A stretch of DNA of 63,959 nucleotides, the filler included, from Aduncisulcus paluster (Eukaryota), in the NCBI GenBank assembly GCA_024181965.1. It is 5 parts of 5 records of this genome, joined end to end, with 100 filler letters (N's around TTAATTAATTAA, not from the genome) between each part and the next. Parts side by side here need not be neighbours in the genome. Positions count along the whole stretch, not along the records: positions 55,148 to 60,782 come from BQXS01012661.1; positions 60,883 to 63,959 come from BQXS01012669.1; 3 more parts are not named here. One strand, written 5' to 3'. Position 1 is the stretch's first letter. Each line of letters begins with the position of its first letter. Under the pieces are notes generated by a model that did no database searches, was not told the DNA's origin, and saw nothing but the letters and a program-made list of their open reading frames with translations. Shown here piece by piece: positions 57,531 through 63,959 of this stretch. The position numbers and the translations under genes are program-made.

Positions 57531-58826
57531 GTGTCTGATACCGGCATCTTCGAGTCTTATCATCGAGACGTAAAGGAATTGGTTTCATCAACTGCGCCAA
57601 GAGCAGACACAATGGGAAGAATGGTAAAGAGACTGAGATACCAATCTCTGCTGGATGAAATCCCCAGAGCAATGAGGATGGATGTTAGGGGAGCATTCTT
57701 TTCGAAGCAACCAACTCTTCCTTGTGTTGTTTTTCTGAAGAAGAAGAAACAACTCGTGCTTGTGGAGAGGCAGGAAAGTGGACAATGGTTTGGAAAGCCA
57801 TTAGTTTGGATATGACTGTACAAAAGATGCTCTTACACTTCAGTTCTCCGAACCCACCAAACTGAAAGGCTTCAGATACCAATCGGCAGTTATGTTCTTC
57901 GAACTCTAGATTGGAAACAGCTTTACAATGAACCATTGTATAACACTTTATCATTTTCATGCACAACAATGCAGCAAACAATAGATGCCCTTATCAAAAA
58001 CAAAGTGAATGAAGATGATATTGTAACATTTAGGAGGAGATATGCAGGAAAAGGTTTTGAGGAAAAGTTTTCTGGTGATATCAAGTCAAAAAGCAAATTA
58101 ATCAAGGCAGTTATTACTTTAGGACATCAATGGCTTGGCATGTTTCGAGCGACGCTCTTCACAGGAGGATATACGTCAACGAATCCCATTGAAGCTATTC
58201 ATAGCCAAATTAAGAGTATGGAAAAAAGGAAACATATACCAGCTGGAACTGCGTCAATATCTCAGATGATTGATATTTTGGCAGAAATGTGTGAAGAAAA
58301 GCGCAAATGGCCCATAAGCCAAGTAGATAAGCTTAAGGAAACCCATATTTATTTCCCAGTGCGAAATAATCCCATTGAAAAAGAACGAGAAAAGGCACAA
58401 AAATAGCAGGCAGAATCACAAATTACTCCAAAAAGAAAGGACTGTGAATGTGTCCATTCAAGATCCGCTGGATTAACCTGCATACATTATCCAGAAATGG
58501 ATATTTTTGCACAAGAATTTTATAACCTTGAGTCTATTGGAGGGATTCTGAGACAGATCTCATTTGTCGGAGCAGGTCTAAGAGGCTACGTAAGACCCCG
58601 GCATTGTATACCGTTTTACATAGAGTATGGAAAGATTGCCACCACTCAATGCTATACGGGTTTTACAAAGGTGTTAGTCAAGCCCTGTCCGAATACGCAA
58701 AGCGGTGGACACAATTGTGTTGCCTATGGCGGGAGGCTGCTCGAAAAGGATATGAAGCACGATTCTATCGCTGTTATCCGCTGCATGTCCTCCCGCCCAA
58801 AGGGTACGCCGGATTTGCGGAAATGA
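57531..58826 (+). mobile_element. Mutator-like (MULE) transposase pseudogene with SWIM finger
   Basis: WLGMFR..LFTGGYTSTNPIEAIHSQIK (MULE TN..E motif); in the same frame past TAG 58404-58406 comes DCECVHSRSAGLTCIH (CxC-n-CxH SWIM). Confidence 0.75.
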
Positions 58827-60500
58827 ATAGTGTGGTTTGGATATGACTGTGGCTCTTCAGGTAAATCCTTGAAGGATTGAAGAATCATGCATATATATTT
58901 ACCATTATATGCAAATTGGCCAAAGTATATCTCCCAGAAGGGGAATGTGGCACCAGGCCACTCAAAAACTCCAAGCAGTTCTACAATGGTAGTTAAGAAG
59001 CCAGGAACCTCTCATGAATGGGCTGTGTGTTCAGTCACCAAGAAGACGTCACACAAGAAGAAGTCCCCAGAAAAGAGACGGAGTAAGGAAGCTGCAAGGG
59101 ATAAACCTTCTTCCCAAGAGAAGAATATATCAATTGAGTTCCTAAAAGAACTCCCTCGTGGGGAAGATAAACATCACTTAAGAATTATAAGACTTGGGTT
59201 ATGTGATTATGGCATTGGATTATCGTTATCCAAAAGGAATAACATAAAGGCAGGAAAGGAAGGATGTGAAGAGGTATTTTTTACGGGTAGCTGGATCAAA
59301 CACACCATTGGATGAGATTAAAGATAGGATATATCTCACGTTGTAACTCTGTCACCTTCTCCTCAGATTTCTTTTTTTCTAGTTAACTATTAAACCCCAC
59401 CACAGGGCAATGCCAAAAGTCCAAATATTGATTGGCATCATAGGGCGTGGTGGGATTTATTAAGGTTATGAAACTGATTAATTTATCAACCGATGAGAAA
59501 GATAACGAAGAAGGAAGGGAGAAGAAGGGAAAGTAGTGAAGAGAGAAGAGAGTTCTGGATATACAATGGGGTCTAATAACTAAAAGATATCAATGAATGT
59601 ATCTAATGAAAGACAGATTGTTCATATCACGGTTCGATGTCCTTCTTTGAGTTCATCAGTATAGATTCGATGGAGACCACTGGGATCAGAGAACATGTCC
59701 TGGTTCTTATATAAAGAAAGGTATAAAGACTATCTTGTTACTCCATCTTCAAGAATGGAAGGATATAAGGTTGTCAAAAAAAAAGCACCAGGAAGAAAGT
59801 TTATGACCAAAATGTGGACAAAGAAGTTTCTTGACGATGTCCCGATAAATCTTTCCCATTACTGTTTGATCCAAAGCTCTCTTGATATCCTTCATCTCTT
59901 TGGATGCTGGACGTCTCGTACAATGTAGTACTGTCTCTCTGATGGAACAGTTCAAAAGTTGCAAAGATCTGAGCCAACATGCATCGAGCCTTTTAGTATC
60001 TTACAACGAACAAACAGCCAGAGACAGAATATGAGATATGACTTGAGGAAAGATGAAATGATCAACAAGAGACTTCCGTTTGGACGAGTAACTAAATGTA
60101 ACTGTTTGATCTCAACGCTTCTTCATTGATATGATAGAATGGTTATATAAAAACATATGGTCGGAATCAGTTGAATAAGTGACTTTCAGACAGATCTTGA
60201 CCCAGATGAAGAGTTTCCATCAATGTACGCATCAAGTAGAATAAAACAAACTAAATAAGACCTTTTGGGATTGGGAACTGATAAACAAAGAGATAGGCTT
60301 CAGTAGCAATGTACTGTATAATCCCCATGTGTTCCTCATATCCTTCGCTTCCTTTCGTGATGAATGGTATGGAGGTGGGTTGCTTAACCTTCCTCAAGAA
60401 AATCTTACATTTATCAATACCACAAGAGCTCACACTGGAAGTCCAGAAGTTGGGAAGAGAAGTGACGGTAGAGGGCAGGGATACCTCAGTTCGTTTTGTA

Positions 60501-60599
60501 CTCACAGGAGTCCTGAGTGTGCTCACAGGAGTCCTGAGTGTGCTCACAGGAGTCCTGAGTGTGCTCACAGGAGTCCTGAGTGTGCTCACAGGAGTTCTG
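60501..60599. repeat. 21-bp minisatellite, 4 full copies + 1 partial
   Basis: CTCACAGGAGTCCTGAGTGTG at 60501, 60522, 60543, 60564; partial copy at 60585. Confidence 0.95.
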
Positions 60600-60782
60600 G
60601 GCCCAGGCTACTCTACGGAGAAAGTTTTTCATGACTTTCCCCTGGTGGAATTGGACAGGAGATGAGATGAGTTCAGTTCTTCATAGATGAGGATGAAAGA
60701 GGACAGGTCTGACGTAAGGAACAAAGCAGTCGGCACAGAAAGGGAAGTCTATTATCGCTCCAGAGCAGCTCAAATCCCTAGT

Positions 60783-60882
60783 NNNNNNNNNNNNNNNNNN
60801 NNNNNNNNNNNNNNNNNNNNNNNNNNTTAATTAATTAANNNNNNNNNNNNNNNNNNNNNNNNNNNNNNNNNNNNNNNNNNNN
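60783..60882. other. Artificial contig linker
   Basis: N44-TTAATTAATTAA-N44. Confidence 0.97.
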
Positions 60883-61870
60883 AGTCACTTACACCACCAC
60901 TACTGGTCAGTAACCTCACACCATTGAGGGAAAACATGACACAGTCACTTACACCACCACTCGTTAGTAAACCTCACACCATTGAGGGAAAATCTAACGA
61001 CACCACACCACCACTACTGGTCAGTAACCTCACACCATTGAGGGAAAACATGACACAGTCACTTACACCACCACTCGTTAGTAAACCTCACACCATTGAG
61101 GGAAAATCTAACGACACCACACCACCACTACTGGTCAGTAACCTCACACCATTGAGGGAAAACATGACACAGTCACTTACACCACCACTCGTTAGTAAAC
61201 CTCACACCATTGAGGGAAAATCTAACGACACCACACCACCACTACTGGTCAGTAACCTCACACCATTGAGGGAAAACATGACACAGTCACTTACACCACC
61301 ACTCGTTAGTAAACCTCACACCATTGAGGGAAAATCTAACGACACCATACCACCACTACTGGTCAGTAACCTCACACCATTGAGGGAAAACATGACTCAG
61401 TCACTTACACCACCACTCGTTAGTAAACCTCACACCATTGAGGGAAAATCTAACGACACCACACCACCACTACTGGTCAGTAACCTCACACCATTGAGGG
61501 AAAACATGACACAGTCACTTACACCACCACTCGTTAGTAAACCTCACACCATTGAGGGAAAATCTAACGACACCATACCACCACTACTGGTCAGTAACCT
61601 CACACCATTGAGGGAAAACATGACTCAGTCACTTACACCACCACTACTGGTCAGTAACCTCACACCATTGAGGGAAAATCTAACGACACCACACCACCAC
61701 TACTGGTCAGTAACCTCACACCATTGAGGGAAAACATGACACAGTCACTTACACCACCACTCGTTAGTAAACCTCACACCATTGAGGGAAAATCTAACGA
61801 CACCATACCACCACTACTGGTCAGTAACCTCACACCATTGAGGGAAAACATGACTCAGTCACTTACACCA
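60883..61870. repeat. 114-bp higher-order tandem array of alternating 60-bp (A) and 54-bp (B) hairpin units; 17 core copies; truncated by the contig start
   Basis: A=acaccaccactactggtcagtaacctcacaccattgagggaaaacatgacacagtcactt; B=acaccaccactcgttagtaaacctcacaccattgagggaaaatctaacgacacc; one A/B hybrid unit at 61635-61690. Confidence 0.96.
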
Positions 61871-62923
61871 ATACTGAAGTTCAGTGTTGTTCCTGAGCAG
61901 ACAAAATCTATCTCAGAAGTTTTCACCACAAGGAGGACAACTTTCATCGAACTTCAATACAAATAAACAAGATTTTTCAACACCATTATCACTGCGATCA
62001 TCACGTTCAAGATTTATACTAGAGAAAAGAGCACCACTGGAGATCACATGTGCATTAGAAGGAGGTAATTCACAAAAAGGATCACCGGAGGACACAGTTC
62101 ACCATTTTTCAGTTTCCCCTTACACTCAGTTTTAAAAAGCTTTTCACGAAGCTTTAACACGTTTTGTTTCACTCGTAGAAGAACTATCCTTCTATTTTCC
62201 ACTGATAATTTCACTGGAGTTTGTGCTAGCTGGACAAATTTCCTTAAAGAGAACGAACAACGATGGTCCAAAAATAGATCTCGAGAAACAACGGGAAATA
62301 AATTAGAATAAAATTAAATTAAAATTAAAATAATAGAATTCTGAATAAAATATATAAAATTTTATATTTTATTCTGAACCAATACCGTTTGTCTGGGTCA
62401 TCACAATTCGTGTTGTCACGAAGACACAATTGGGTAATAAAACAAATATATATCAAATATGATAGTAAAAACAAATTAATAAACAAAAATTTCAAAGTTG
62501 ATTACAGAAATTTAGAACATTGCCAAGTCACTCTTGGGCTTGGAGCTGATCATGATAGTCTTCTTCCGCTGGTAAATTTGTTTGTTNNNNNNNNNNNNNN
62601 NNNNNNTGAATAAAATATATAAAATTTTATATTTTATTCTGAACCAATACCGTTTGTCTGGGTCATCACAATTCGTGTTGTCACGAAGACACAATTGGGT
62701 AATAAAACAAATATATATCAAATATGATAGTAAAAACAAATTAATAAACAAAAATTTCAAAGTTGATTACAGAAATTTAGAACATTGCCAAGTCACTCTT
62801 GGGCTTGGAGCTGATCATGATAGTCTTCTTCCGCTGGTAAATTTGTTTGTTCCAAAAATATTAACATCTGAGAAAATCAAAACGCCTAAAAATCTGTCCA
62901 ACATCCCTCTGATTCAACCAAAA

Positions 62924-63010
62924 TTGGTCTGCTTCGGGACTCGAACTCACGCACCGGACTTGATTCCATTAGAATCAGTAAATCCCTTTATCTTACCCCT
63001 AACCCCACTT
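62924..63010 (-). pseudogene. Degenerate tRNA-like/pol III element
   Basis: Minus strand shows B-box-like GAGTTCGAGTCC (62937-62948) and an anticodon-like hairpin TGATT-CTAATGG-AATCA; T- and acceptor stems do not pair. Confidence 0.3.
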
Positions 63011-63959
63011 AATTAGGGGTATATACTCAGATAAGAACATGATGGCGCATAATATATTCACAAGAATTCCTTCAACTCATTTGGTATATTGTTTGAGTCC
63101 TACCCCTTAAGGGGGAAAGGACACCTTAAGTACATATGAATGGAGAAATCCATCTAATATTAGTCTATGGTAACTTCAGATGTCAATAAATTTCCAGCCC
63201 ATGAACTTTTAGTTCAAAAACAAAAGCTGAGAAACATTCATTACCAAAAATAGAATCTACGAAAAGCAGAGGTGACAAAAGATCCATAAGAAGAAGAGGA
63301 AGAAAATGAGGAGGAGAAGAATATTGATTGATTGTAATGCATCTCAGAGCAATCCAGAAATCCAATATCAAATTGAACAGCAATCGAACAAAACTCCCAC
63401 TGACAATAGCCTTCCTCTCTTCCTCCCAGATCACAGACGAAAGAATAAAGAGGATGGGTATTATTTGGTGGAATGGAAAGGATAGAAATATGAATATAAA
63501 TGTAAAACGCGAACATGCATTTTACTTGACAATAATATTATTCCATATGAGATGGATAGAGATTTCTATCATTAACATATGAAGATGAGCATGTGGAACG
63601 ACTCTGATTAGGCTTTCCCATTACTGTTTGATTCCAAAGAAGTACGTATGTATTAGTGGGAACACTCGAGACAGATGTATCCTTCTCTCAAGCGAGGAGA
63701 AGTATGGACATTGGGTGTGATGTCGGTCATGAGTATAGTACTACTGGAGTCACGGTTGGGAGAGGATGTGGCAGCAAGGCAGCCAGACAACTATAGGGTC
63801 CTGAAGAAGATATTCTATACTAGATCCAGAGTGGAACATCAAAGACCATTGCAATACTTTCCCCTGTGTCCATGCAGCAACGAGAGCACTGTCTGTCACT
63901 GATCAGGTTCTGGTGGAACTATTCTATTGTATTAGAAAAGACCATGAATATATTGCACA

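Noticed and set aside
60883..61870. CRISPR array, hammerhead/twister or H/ACA interpretation of the array
   Set aside because: Only two alternating inter-repeat sequences, no unique spacers or cas genes; no CUGAUGA...GAAA core or twister P4; ACA distance from the internal loop is inconsistent with the 14-16 nt rule
60924..61966. Mucin-like 38-aa repeat CDS
   Set aside because: No convincing unique N- or C-terminal domain, the frame breaks at the hybrid unit, and the core is read in two frames; not excluded but unsupported

Overview
Eukaryotic (flagellated protist) genomic DNA, not prokaryotic. The window is five contigs joined by artificial N44-TTAATTAATTAA-N44 linkers (1-25947, 26048-51417, 51518-55047, 55148-60782, 60883-63959). 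Eight 20-N gaps are each flanked by near-identical duplications, which are scaffolding artefacts that split real genes. Contigs 1-2 are gene-dense with AT-rich spacers and short GTATGT...YAG introns. They encode AP-3 delta, a pseudokinase-WD40 protein, a 7TM protein, phosphoserine aminotransferase, a C2 protein, PACRG, divergent TAF6, CEP164-like WW and DM10-like proteins, a helical-repeat protein, an RG-repeat protein, a ~2060-aa type I surface protein, La, PPT1, a giant TRAPPC8 and a divergent ubiquitin paralogue. Contigs 3-5 are transposon graveyards (CACTA-like and MULE/SWIM transposase remnants, LTR-like and tRNA-like relics). The most striking element is a ~1 kb array (60883-61870) of two alternating hairpin units. 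They share an invariant core stem-loop but have different, each self-complementary, outer stems. A metamonad/fornicate origin (Carpediemonas-like organism such as Aduncisulcus) is my inference only. All family calls come from motif recognition by eye; no database searches were run.
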